This document shows, piece after piece, positions 9,038-16,980 of a DNA stretch of 41,665 nt (its first letter is position 1; every line of letters begins with the position of its first letter). The notes under the pieces were generated by a model. That model was not told where the DNA came from. It did not search any database and was given only the letters and a program-made list of their open reading frames with translations. The position numbers and the translations under genes are program-made. Origin of the DNA: Albidovulum sp. (lineage in GTDB: Bacteria > Pseudomonadota > Alphaproteobacteria > Rhodobacterales > Rhodobacteraceae); assembly GCA_049680345.1 (NCBI GenBank), contig JBAUHP010000007.1:1-41665 (forward strand), given 5' to 3'.

Positions 9038-9085
9038 GAAGTGACTATATAAAGCTTTGAAGGTGACCGCTAGCGGGAGACAGCA

Positions 9086-9826
9086 ATGACCGATCTCAAC
9101 ACAGTGGACCCCGCCGAGGTGGCGAAATTCGAAGCGATGGCGGCGGAATGGTGGGATGCAGGCGGCAAATTCAAGCCGTTGCACATGATGAATCCGGTCA
9201 GGCTTGACTATATCACGCGCCAGATTGCCGCTGAATTTGGCCGCGATCTGAGCCAGCCTTTGCCCTTCGCGGGCCTCAGGCTTTTGGATATTGGCTGTGG
9301 TGGCGGGCTTTTGTCTGAACCGATGGCGCGGCTGGGGGCACAGGTAGTGGGCGCCGATGCGGCCAAGGGAAACATCCCGGTGGCGGCCCTTCATGCCGAA
9401 CAATCAGGGCTTACGATTGATTACCGCCACACCACCGCCGAGGCGCTGGCCGCCTCTGGCGCGGCATATGATGTGGTTCTGGCGATGGAGATCATCGAAC
9501 ATGTCGCCGACCCGCAGGGCTTTGCCACCACCTGCCGCGAGCTTTTGAAACCCGGTGGGGTGATGATCTGTTCCACCCTGAACCGCAATTCCAAAAGCTT
9601 TCTGGCCGCGATTATCGGGGCGGAATGGGTGATGCGCTGGTTGCCGAAAGGCACGCATGACTGGGCAAAATTCATCACCCCGGATGAATTGTTCGCCCTG
9701 ATCACCAAGGCGGGTCTTGATCCGGTGGACCGCAAGGGATTTGTGTTCAACCCGATCAGCTGGGTTTGGTCAATCTCGGACCGGGATCTGTCGGTCAATT
9801 ACGTCACGACCAGTATCCGGCGCTGA
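9086..9826 (+). CDS. ubiG: Ubiquinone biosynthesis O-methyltransferase
   Basis: [51 protein letters not shown]. Confidence 0.96.
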   Translation: MTDLNTVDPAEVAKFEAMAAEWWDAGGKFKPLHMMNPVRLDYITRQIAAEFGRDLSQPLPFAGLRLLDIGCGGGLLSEPMARLGAQVVGADAAKGNIPVAALHAEQSGLTIDYRHTTAEALAASGAAYDVVLAMEIIEHVADPQGFATTCRELLKPGGVMICSTLNRNSKSFLAAIIGAEWVMRWLPKGTHDWAKFITPDELFALITKAGLDPVDRKGFVFNPISWVWSISDRDLSVNYVTTSIRR

Positions 9827-9829
9827 ATC

Positions 9830-10270
9830 TCAGTCCTTGCCCAGCCGCAGCCGAAGTTCGCGCAGCACCGGCAAAATGGCGCGGATCTTATCGACCCCGA
9901 TTGCTGTGACAACCTCGCCGATCACCGGCGCGATGGTTGCAAGGGCCGCATCACGCGCCGCACGGCCAGAGGGGCTGATGGAGATGAATTTGCGCCGCGC
10001 ATCGTCCCAATCGGGGCGGATATGCACGTGGCCTGCCCATTCAAGCTTGGACAAAGTGTTGGTCATTGCCCCGCGGGTGACGTGAAAAGCATCCGCCAGC
10101 TGCGCGGGCGTGCGTTCTTCGTTCAGGTGGCCAAGGTGGTTCAGAACCGAAAAATGGCTAAGTTCCATCCCCTTGGGCAAGGCCCGCGAAATCCGGTTGC
10201 GCGCCAGTTGGTCGGTGGTGAACACCTCTGAAAACAGGGCGACAGACAAGGCTTCGGTCGGATCACTCAT
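9830..10270 (-). CDS. MarR family transcriptional regulator
   Basis: HFSVLNHL, TPAQLA...VTRGAMTNTL, DARRK wing; start at ATG 10270 overlapping the nitrilase stop. Confidence 0.88.
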   Translation of the reverse strand: MSDPTEALSVALFSEVFTTDQLARNRISRALPKGMELSHFSVLNHLGHLNEERTPAQLADAFHVTRGAMTNTLSKLEWAGHVHIRPDWDDARRKFISISPSGRAARDAALATIAPVIGEVVTAIGVDKIRAILPVLRELRLRLGKD

Positions 10271-11099
10271 CAGGTCCCCCATAGCTGCGGTCATGGGTGA
10301 GTGAGGGGATGCGGGCGCGCGCACTTGCCACCTGATCAAGGTCTAGATCAACCAGTGTGACGCCGACATCAGTGCCGCCATCGGCCAAGACCTCGCCCCA
10401 GGGGCTGATCGCGAGGGAATGGCCATGGGTGCGCCGGGCGCGGCCTTGATGGGCGGCATGGGTGCCGCATTGCGCGGGCGCAAGTACGAAGGCGCCGGTT
10501 TCGATCGCACGTGCGCGCAACAGGCTTTCCCAATGCGCAGCACCAGTTGTGTCATTGAAGGCGGCGGGGACGGTCAGCACGCCGGCCCCGGCTTGCGCCA
10601 GACGCCGGTAAAGCTGCGGAAATCGCAGATCGTAGCAGATGGTCATGCCGATGCGGGCAAAGGGCGTGTCGGCCACAACCGCGCGGTCGCCGGGGCGGTA
10701 GCCCGCCGATTCGTGATAACTTTCGGTTTTCGATACCGTCACATCGAACATATGGATCTTGTCATAGCGCGCGGCAATTGCCCCGTCAGGCGCGATCAAG
10801 AAAGACCGGTTGGCAAAGCGCCCGTCGGCACCCGTCGTCAAAAGCCCAAGCGAGCCGATCAACAGCCAAACCCCGGCCTCAGCCGCCTCGGCCCGAAGGG
10901 CGGCCAGGGTTCTATCGTCTTCTTCGTGCTGCAAGACCGCGTTTTGGTGGGCGCGGTCCGATGACAGGCAGTTGGTGACCTCTGGCGTGAGGATGAATTT
11001 CGCACCACCCTCCGCCGCCTTGCGCACAAGGTCTTGGGTGACCGGCAGGTTCTTTGCCGGATCGTCGCTGACCGAAAGTTGCACAAGGCCGATTTTCAT
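10263..11099 (-). CDS. Carbon-nitrogen hydrolase (Nit1/deaminated glutathione amidase-like)
   Basis: Catalytic triad motifs TPE, YDKIHMFDV, ICYDLRFP; LRARAIE; adjacent to grxC. Confidence 0.92.
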   Translation of the reverse strand: MKIGLVQLSVSDDPAKNLPVTQDLVRKAAEGGAKFILTPEVTNCLSSDRAHQNAVLQHEEDDRTLAALRAEAAEAGVWLLIGSLGLLTTGADGRFANRSFLIAPDGAIAARYDKIHMFDVTVSKTESYHESAGYRPGDRAVVADTPFARIGMTICYDLRFPQLYRRLAQAGAGVLTVPAAFNDTTGAAHWESLLRARAIETGAFVLAPAQCGTHAAHQGRARRTHGHSLAISPWGEVLADGGTDVGVTLVDLDLDQVASARARIPSLTHDRSYGGPDE

Positions 11100-11102
11100 C
11101 GC

Positions 11103-11360
11103 TTATCCCGCCAGCATTGCATCAAGCTTGCGCGCATGATCAAGATCGTGAAGTTCATCCGATCCGCCCACATGTTTGCCGCCGATGAAAATCTGCGGCA
11201 CCGTACGCCGCCCCCCGGCGCGGACCGTCATCTTTTGCCGCAATCCGCTGTCGCGCGATACGTCGGTTTCTTCAAAGCTCACACCCTTCTTGGCCAACAG
11301 CCGCTTGGCCGCCACACAATAGGGGCAAAAGGGGGTCGTGTATATTTCGACGCGTTGCAT
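11103..11360 (-). CDS. grxC: Glutaredoxin 3
   Basis: CPYC, TVPQIFI, VGGSDEL. Confidence 0.96.
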   Translation of the reverse strand: MQRVEIYTTPFCPYCVAAKRLLAKKGVSFEETDVSRDSGLRQKMTVRAGGRRTVPQIFIGGKHVGGSDELHDLDHARKLDAMLAG

Positions 11361-11398
11361 AGTCAGTTTATCCTTATAGTCGCGGTGACTATAGGGAT

Positions 11399-12115
11399 TT
11401 AGGCGTCCTTCGCAACGCGTGCCAGTGCGATCACGGAAACCTGTGCTGCCCCTGCGGCAAGGCAGGCATCGGCGGCCACGGCAAAGGTCGCCCCCGAGGT
11501 CATCACATCATCCACCAAAAGCACATGCCGCCCTTCGACAAGCGCTTTGCGCTGCGGATGGACACGGATGCACTCGGCAAGATTGGCAAAGCGTTGATCG
11601 CGGTTAAGACCCTCTTGCGACGGGGTGTTTTTGGTGCGCACCAAAAGATCGGGGCAATGGCCATGCCCGCTTATCTTGGCCGCGGCGCGCGACAGAAGCG
11701 CCGATTGATTGTAGCGGCGGCGCAAAAGCCGGGACCAGTGCAGCGGGATCGGCGCCAGCAGCATTCCCGGCTCTGATATCTGCAGGGCCGCGCGGGCCAG
11801 CCACTGACCCATCGGACGCACCAGATCAAGCCGGTCTCCATGCTTGAGCGATAGCACCATCTTGCGGGCCACATCATTATAGGTAAAGACCGCCCGCCCG
11901 CGTGCCCAAGGCCGCGCGATGGTCAGGCAATCGTCGCAAAATTCGGGCCGGCCTTCATCTTCGCCGGGCAGCGGGGTGCCGCATTTGTCGCAGGTCAGCC
12001 CGACGATGAAGGGGGTTTGTGGCCAACATGCCCCGCAAAGACCAAAGTCGCTTGCAACCGGCCCGTTACAGCCGATGCAGGCGGGCGGAAATATCGCAGT
12101 CAGTGCGCTTTGCAA
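11399..12115 (-). CDS. comF: ComF family protein (double zinc ribbon + PRT domain)
   Basis: Four CxxC pairs, RRYNQS, LLVDDVMTSGAT. Start uncertain (TTG 12115 preferred; ATG 12145 possible). Confidence 0.88.
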   Translation of the reverse strand: MQSALTAIFPPACIGCNGPVASDFGLCGACWPQTPFIVGLTCDKCGTPLPGEDEGRPEFCDDCLTIARPWARGRAVFTYNDVARKMVLSLKHGDRLDLVRPMGQWLARAALQISEPGMLLAPIPLHWSRLLRRRYNQSALLSRAAAKISGHGHCPDLLVRTKNTPSQEGLNRDQRFANLAECIRVHPQRKALVEGRHVLLVDDVMTSGATFAVAADACLAAGAAQVSVIALARVAKDA

Positions 12116-12146
12116 TCCTTTGGTCAACGCGTAAGTTCCAAGCATT

Positions 12147-12956
12147 ATGACACCACAACCTTCCTTGACCGACCGCGCGGCCCTGACCCGCAACCGTGCC
12201 CGTGCACGGCGAGGGGAACCGGCGTTGTTCTTGCACGAACTTGCCGCCGCTGAGATCAAGGAAAGACTGAACGAGGTTAACAGAAGGTTTACGGCGCCCG
12301 CTATCGTCACCGCTTTTCCCGAGGTTTGGGGAAATCTGGTTCAAGATGCGCAGGTGATAGCGGATGATGACACCTTGCCGCTTGCGCCCGGTGCCTATGA
12401 TCTGGTCATTCACGCGATGGCGCTGCATTGGGCCAGTGACCCCGTGGGACAGCTGATCCAGTCGATACGGGCGTTAAAGCCTGACGGGCTGTTTTTGGCG
12501 GTAATGCCGGGCGGGCGCAGTTTGCAGCAGTTGCGGGCCAGCTTGGCGGAAGCGGAAAGCCGCCTTGTTGGTGGCTTGTCGCCGCGCGTCTTGCCGATGG
12601 GCGAGATCCGCGATCTTGGCGGGCTATTGCAACGCGCCGGTTTCGCATTGCCGGTGGCCGATTCGTTTTGCATTGACGCCAGTTACCGCGACCTTTTCCA
12701 TCTGGCCGCCGATTTGCGGGCCATGGGCGAAGGCAATGCGCTGAGCGCGCGCAGCCGCCGCATCGCGCCGCGCGCGTTGTTCGCAGCGGCCGCGCGGACC
12801 ATGGCCGAAAACTTTCCGGCCGAAAACGGCCGCGTGGCCACCACTTATGAGCTGATATTCCTGACCGGCTGGTCACCCGACCCCAGCCAGCAAAAGCCAC
12901 TGAAACCCGGATCCGCCCAGGCCCGGCTGGCCGATGCGTTAAAGCCCAAAGCCTAG
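12147..12956 (+). CDS. BioC/NDUFAF5-like SAM-dependent methyltransferase
   Basis: ALHWASD, LKPDGLF, SPRVLPM, LLQRAGFALPVAD, DLRAMGE, QQKPLKPGSA; divergent from comF. Confidence 0.85.
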   Translation: MTPQPSLTDRAALTRNRARARRGEPALFLHELAAAEIKERLNEVNRRFTAPAIVTAFPEVWGNLVQDAQVIADDDTLPLAPGAYDLVIHAMALHWASDPVGQLIQSIRALKPDGLFLAVMPGGRSLQQLRASLAEAESRLVGGLSPRVLPMGEIRDLGGLLQRAGFALPVADSFCIDASYRDLFHLAADLRAMGEGNALSARSRRIAPRALFAAAARTMAENFPAENGRVATTYELIFLTGWSPDPSQQKPLKPGSAQARLADALKPKA

Positions 12957-13013
12957 CGCAGATGCGCCCCGCGACCCACCCGGCCACCGATAGGATCCTT
13001 GCAGGATGATGAC

Positions 13014-14060
13014 ATGACCCAGACCCGCGATTTGCCCAATGCCCCGGCGGACCACCCCGATCAAGCGGTGCCGCGCATCGGCGTGCTTTTTGCCAACCTC
13101 GGCACGCCTGATGGCTATGACTACTGGTCGATGCGGCGCTACTTGTCTGAATTTCTGTCCGACAAACGGGTCATCGATTATCCGGCCTGGAAATGGCAGC
13201 CGCTTTTGCAGCTGATCATCTTGTCAAAACGCCCGTTCAGTTCAGGCCGCAACTACAAATCAATCTGGAATCACGAGGCGAATGAAAGCCCGCTGATGAC
13301 CTTCACCCGCGCGCAGGTGGACAAGCTGCGCCAAGCATCGCAGGCGCGCTATGGCGACGGCGTGATGGTTGATTTTTGCATGCGGTACGGCAACCCATCG
13401 ACGGCAAGCGTTGTGCGGCGGATGGTGGCGGAAGGCTGCGAAAAGATCTTGTTCTTTCCGCTTTATCCGCATTACGCCGGGGCCACCTCGGCCACCGCGA
13501 ATGATGCGTTCTTTCAAGCGCTTATGAAGGAAAAGCGCCAACCCGCCGCCCGCACAGCGCCCGAATATTTCGACACACCGCTTTATATCGAGGCGCTGGC
13601 CCAATCGGTTGCGCGCAGCTATGCAAACCTTGATCATCGCCCCGATGTTCTGGTCGCATCCTACCACGGCATGCCCAAACGCTATTTGATGCAAGGCGAC
13701 CCCTACCATTGCCATTGCCAAAAAACCTCGCGGTTGCTGCGCGAACGGCTGGGGTGGGGTAAGGATGCGATCGACACGACCTTTCAGTCGGTCTTTGGGC
13801 CCGAAGAATGGCTAAAACCCTATACGGTCGAGCATGTCGCCGCATTGGCGCGTGCGGGCAAGAAGCGGATCGCGGTGATCTCGCCTGCGTTTTCGGCCGA
13901 TTGTATTGAAACGCTGGAAGAGATTCAGGGTGAAATACGTGAGGCATTTGAACATGCCGGAGGTGAGAGTTTCACCTATATTCCGTGCCTGAATGACGAT
14001 GAAGCCCATATCAACGCGCTTATGGCGGTGGTCGATCAAAATCTGGCGGGCTGGGTTTGA
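13014..14060 (+). CDS. hemH: Ferrochelatase
   Basis: NLGTP, YLSEFLSD-x-RV, MRYGNPS, PLYPHY, SYHGMP, FSADCIETLEEI, IPCLND. Confidence 0.97.
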   Translation: MTQTRDLPNAPADHPDQAVPRIGVLFANLGTPDGYDYWSMRRYLSEFLSDKRVIDYPAWKWQPLLQLIILSKRPFSSGRNYKSIWNHEANESPLMTFTRAQVDKLRQASQARYGDGVMVDFCMRYGNPSTASVVRRMVAEGCEKILFFPLYPHYAGATSATANDAFFQALMKEKRQPAARTAPEYFDTPLYIEALAQSVARSYANLDHRPDVLVASYHGMPKRYLMQGDPYHCHCQKTSRLLRERLGWGKDAIDTTFQSVFGPEEWLKPYTVEHVAALARAGKKRIAVISPAFSADCIETLEEIQGEIREAFEHAGGESFTYIPCLNDDEAHINALMAVVDQNLAGWV

Positions 14061-14080
14061 CAAGCACTTTGCGCAAAGAA

Positions 14081-14109
14081 AAAAGGCGATGGCATTGCCA
14101 TCGCCTTTT
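14081..14109. terminator. Bidirectional terminator between hemH and small protein copy 1
   Basis: Perfect inverted repeat AAAAGGCGATGGCA-T-TGCCATCGCCTTTT between convergent genes. Confidence 0.88.
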
Positions 14110-14130
14110 CGTAACCAATGCTTGGATCGA

Positions 14131-14313
14131 TTAGCTGCTTGCAGCAGCTGCAACGAGAAGCAGAACCAGCAGCGGAACGACGATACCGCCAGCCGAAGAA
14201 GAAGCAGCTTTGGTTTCTACCATGGGCTCTTCCATTACGGGCTCAGCCATGCCGCCAGCAAAAGAAGTGGAAGCAGCAACCGAGAGTGCAGCAGCAAGCG
14301 CGATTTTCTTCAT
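14131..14313 (-). CDS. Small secreted/membrane protein copy 1 (signal peptide, GG, acidic Pro linker, C-terminal hydrophobic helix), 60 aa
   Basis: MKKIALAAALSVAASTSFA|GGMAEPVMEEP...IVVPLLVLLLVAAAASS; GGAG RBS; paralogue conserved with synonymous changes; terminator follows. Confidence 0.88.
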   Translation of the reverse strand: MKKIALAAALSVAASTSFAGGMAEPVMEEPMVETKAASSSAGGIVVPLLVLLLVAAAASS

Positions 14314-14694
14314 TGTACTATGTCTCCATCCGCGCCCCAGCGAAGTTGTTTATATTGAGGGTAACTGGGGCTATTATCGTTACCTCATAGAGTCGAGTAG
14401 CCCGAAGGGTGCGAAATATGCAACATCTGTTGCGCTGCACGCGCAAAGCTTTCGGCGCTTTCGTCAATTTGGCAACACTCGACAGGTGATTTTTCGCATA
14501 GCCATTACGCCTGCGAAGCTTTGCGCGGGAATCGCGGCGCGCTAAAGTCGTGAATCAGTCCCCATAAGGGGGCACCTGCCCACCCCCAAACCCCACCAAA
14601 GCGGTCGGAGGGTCCGACAAGATAGGCCGGGGGCCCGAAGGCACCCGACAGGCGGCGGCCCGAAAGCCGCCGAAAAGTATCGTGGCTTGGCCGA

Positions 14695-14874
14695 TTAGCT
14701 GCTTGCAGCAGCTGCAACGAGAAGCAAAACCAACAGCGGAACGATGATACCACCAGCCGAAGAAGAAGCCTGAGTCTCAACAACTTCCGGCGCCATTTCG
14801 GGTTCAATCATGCCGCCAGCAAAAGAAGTGGAAGCAGCAACCGAAAGTGCAGCAGCGAGTGCGATTTTTTTCAT
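14695..14874 (-). CDS. Small secreted/membrane protein copy 2, 59 aa
   Basis: MKKIALAAALSVAASTSFA|GGMIEPEMAPE...IIVPLLVLLLVAAAASS; start ATG 14874 by alignment with copy 1; GGAG RBS. Confidence 0.88.
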   Translation of the reverse strand: MKKIALAAALSVAASTSFAGGMIEPEMAPEVVETQASSSAGGIIVPLLVLLLVAAAASS

Positions 14875-15014
14875 TCTAAATACTCCATCCGTGCCCCGGG
14901 AGGTTTCATTGGGATGACAGGGGCAGCGTCTTTCCCTTACAGGCAAAGCTAGCCGCTACCCCCGCCAAAAGGCGAGCGAAAAGAGTCTGTTGGGCAAACC
15001 GCAGCGGCAGTTTG

Positions 15015-15644
15015 TCAAATTAGCAACACTTGGGTGCCGACCTCGGCCATGCCGAAAAGCTCGGCGATATGTTCATTATAAAGGCCAATACAGCCGTTCG
15101 ACGACCGCCGCCCGATCTTGCGCGTATCGTGGGTGCCGTGGATGCGGTAATATTGCCAGGACAGATGCATCGCATGGGTGCCAAGCGGGTTTCCCGGCCC
15201 CGGAGGCATGTATTCGGGCCATTCTGGGTTACGTTCGCGCATGGATGGGGTCGGGCGCCAATCGGGGCCCAGAACCTTTTTGACAACTGTGGTGCGCCCC
15301 TTGCGGGTCAGATCTTCGGTCAGGGGCACGCTGCTGGGATAAAGCCGGTAGGTGGCCCCATCCGCGCCCCAAAAATGCAATGCGCGCGAAGAAAGATCGA
15401 CCAGAATCGCGCCCTTGTTGAGATTGTCGAAATAGGGCTGCCATTCCAGCGACCGAAAGCTGGAGACATTGCGCCGGATGTTGGAGCTTATGTCACGCTC
15501 GATCTCGGTGCTGTTGGCATTGGCATCGGCGGCTGACTGGGCCAGAACCGGCCTTGCCACAGTTGCGGCCGCCAAAGCGGCGGCGCTGCCGAGAATGGAA
15601 CGGCGGCTGTACCCGCGCCCATCACCAGAATTTCCAGTATTCAT
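15015..15644 (-). CDS. L,D-transpeptidase (ErfK/YkuD family) with Tat signal
   Basis: SRRSIL twin-arginine signal; PGPGNPLG; RIHGT...SSNGCIGL catalytic His/Cys. Start trimmed to ATG 15644 (GGAG upstream). Confidence 0.92.
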   Translation of the reverse strand: MNTGNSGDGRGYSRRSILGSAAALAAATVARPVLAQSAADANANSTEIERDISSNIRRNVSSFRSLEWQPYFDNLNKGAILVDLSSRALHFWGADGATYRLYPSSVPLTEDLTRKGRTTVVKKVLGPDWRPTPSMRERNPEWPEYMPPGPGNPLGTHAMHLSWQYYRIHGTHDTRKIGRRSSNGCIGLYNEHIAELFGMAEVGTQVLLI

Positions 15645-15860
15645 CGCCTCATCTCTCCGTTTTTTTGGCTTGGGGCCGGTTTGATCCTGGCGCCAGCCCA
15701 ACGCTTTACCACGCCTCAAGGGCCCGTTACATCCAAAGCGCAAATCCGCCAAAGAGCAAATCACAGCTGCGCTAGCAGGCCGATATTGGTGATTTGGCGT
15801 TTGAACACTGTTTCATGAAACTGTAAAGCACGGGCTTGAAATATACGGGGTGGGCATCGA

Positions 15861-16370
15861 ATGTTGAAACAAATATTGGCAAGTGTCGGCGTGATCGTGC
15901 TGCTTTCAGCCTGTGAGCCGACAACACGGACACTGGCCGCCGACGGCAAGCCCTTGCCGGAAGCCTATGTGATCAGGCCCGGCGATGTCAGCCGCGTGAC
16001 CTTCTCGATGGTGGATTCGATCAATGCCTTGCGCTCAAGTGCGGGCGCCCAGCCGCTGACCCTGAATGCCGAGCTGACGGCAGCCGCGGCGACCCATTCG
16101 CGCGATATGGCCGTGCAAAACCGCCCCTGGCACTTTGGCTCAGACGGCTCGTCTCCGATCCTGAGGGTGCAGCGCGCGGGTTATGCGGGCCGGATGCTGG
16201 GCGAGAATATCTCGGAAACCTATGAGAATGAGATAGAGACGCTGACGGCCTGGATGGCGGTGTCAGAAACCCGCGCCGTGGTGCTGGACACAAATGCCCG
16301 CAATGTCGGGTTTTCGTGGTTCCAGGAACCAAACGGCAAGATCTGGTGGACGCTGGTTACCGGCAACTAA
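15861..16370 (+). CDS. CAP (SCP) domain lipoprotein
   Basis: Lipobox LLSAC; INALR, AAATHSRDMA, HFGSDGS, GENISE, WWTLV. Confidence 0.88.
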   Translation: MLKQILASVGVIVLLSACEPTTRTLAADGKPLPEAYVIRPGDVSRVTFSMVDSINALRSSAGAQPLTLNAELTAAAATHSRDMAVQNRPWHFGSDGSSPILRVQRAGYAGRMLGENISETYENEIETLTAWMAVSETRAVVLDTNARNVGFSWFQEPNGKIWWTLVTGN

Positions 16371-16398
16371 AGCCGGGCGCATTGCCAAACGAAAATCG

Positions 16399-16425
16399 GG
16401 CGGCCCCTAGGTGGGCCGCCTTTTT
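16399..16425 (+). terminator. Rho-independent terminator after the CAP gene
   Basis: GGCGGCCC-CTAGGT-GGGCCGCC-TTTTT. Confidence 0.8.
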
Positions 16426-16919
16426 CATGGCTTCAGGAAAACCGGGGTTCCGACGCGCAGCATTGAATATATCTCTTCAATCTCGTGGTCTTTCACGGCG
16501 ATGCAGCCCGCCGTCCAATCCTTGCCACGGCCTTTGTTCTTGCCGTCGCGGCCGTGGATAAAGATATCGCCGCCGGGTTCCTTGCCCAATGCCTTGGCAT
16601 GTGCGCGGTCGGCGTCATTGGGATAAGAGATGCCCAAAGACAGGTGATAGGCGCTTTTGGGATTGTGGTGGCTGATGCGGTAAGCGCCTTCGGGGGTCTT
16701 CATATCACCCTCAAACTGTTTGGCCCCGACCGGGTTGCCGCCAAGGCCGATCTTATAGTCTGTCAGCACCTCATTGCCGTGCAAAAGATACATCCGCCGT
16801 TCGGCTTTGTGGATCACGACCGCCGTCACTTCCGGGCCGTCATAACGCTGAAGCTTCGCGCCACAAGAGGCGGTGATCATCAGCGCTGCGATCAACGCCA
16901 GAATATTGAAAAACTTCAT
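16425..16919 (-). CDS. YkuD-family lipoprotein of the YafK/LdtF/DpaA-like subgroup
   Basis: Lipobox-like TASC; KQFEGDMKTPEG, SAYHLSLGISYPN, GGDIFIHG, WTAGCIAV. Start trimmed to ATG 16919. Confidence 0.85.
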   Translation of the reverse strand: MKFFNILALIAALMITASCGAKLQRYDGPEVTAVVIHKAERRMYLLHGNEVLTDYKIGLGGNPVGAKQFEGDMKTPEGAYRISHHNPKSAYHLSLGISYPNDADRAHAKALGKEPGGDIFIHGRDGKNKGRGKDWTAGCIAVKDHEIEEIYSMLRVGTPVFLKP

Positions 16920-16980
16920 CGCCTGCCTGCCCTTGGTTTTTCGATCTGCATATACCTGCGTCGGCGCGGACGGAAGCGTT

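Larger units (their letters stand above)
14128..14897. repeat. Direct duplication (~210 bp units, 14128-14338 and 14692-14897)
   Basis: 35 identical nt at 14128-14162 and 14692-14726; shared leader CTCCATCCG(C/T)GCCCC at 14324-14338 and 14883-14897. Confidence 0.9.

Noticed and set aside
9038..9403. N-terminal extensions in the ORF track (pip; likewise comF, cca, ldt, yafK-like, ABC exporter, M24)
   Set aside because: They overlap neighbouring genes or lack family similarity; downstream starts with an RBS or stop/start overlap fit better.
14128..14897. Repeat considered as a CRISPR array or RiPP/pilin precursor locus
   Set aside because: Only two units, both coding; no spacers, cas genes, modifying enzymes or prepilin G|F-x3-E motif. 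The GG follows a Sec-type signal rather than ending a double-glycine leader, and the nearby ABC exporters have no C39 peptidase domain.
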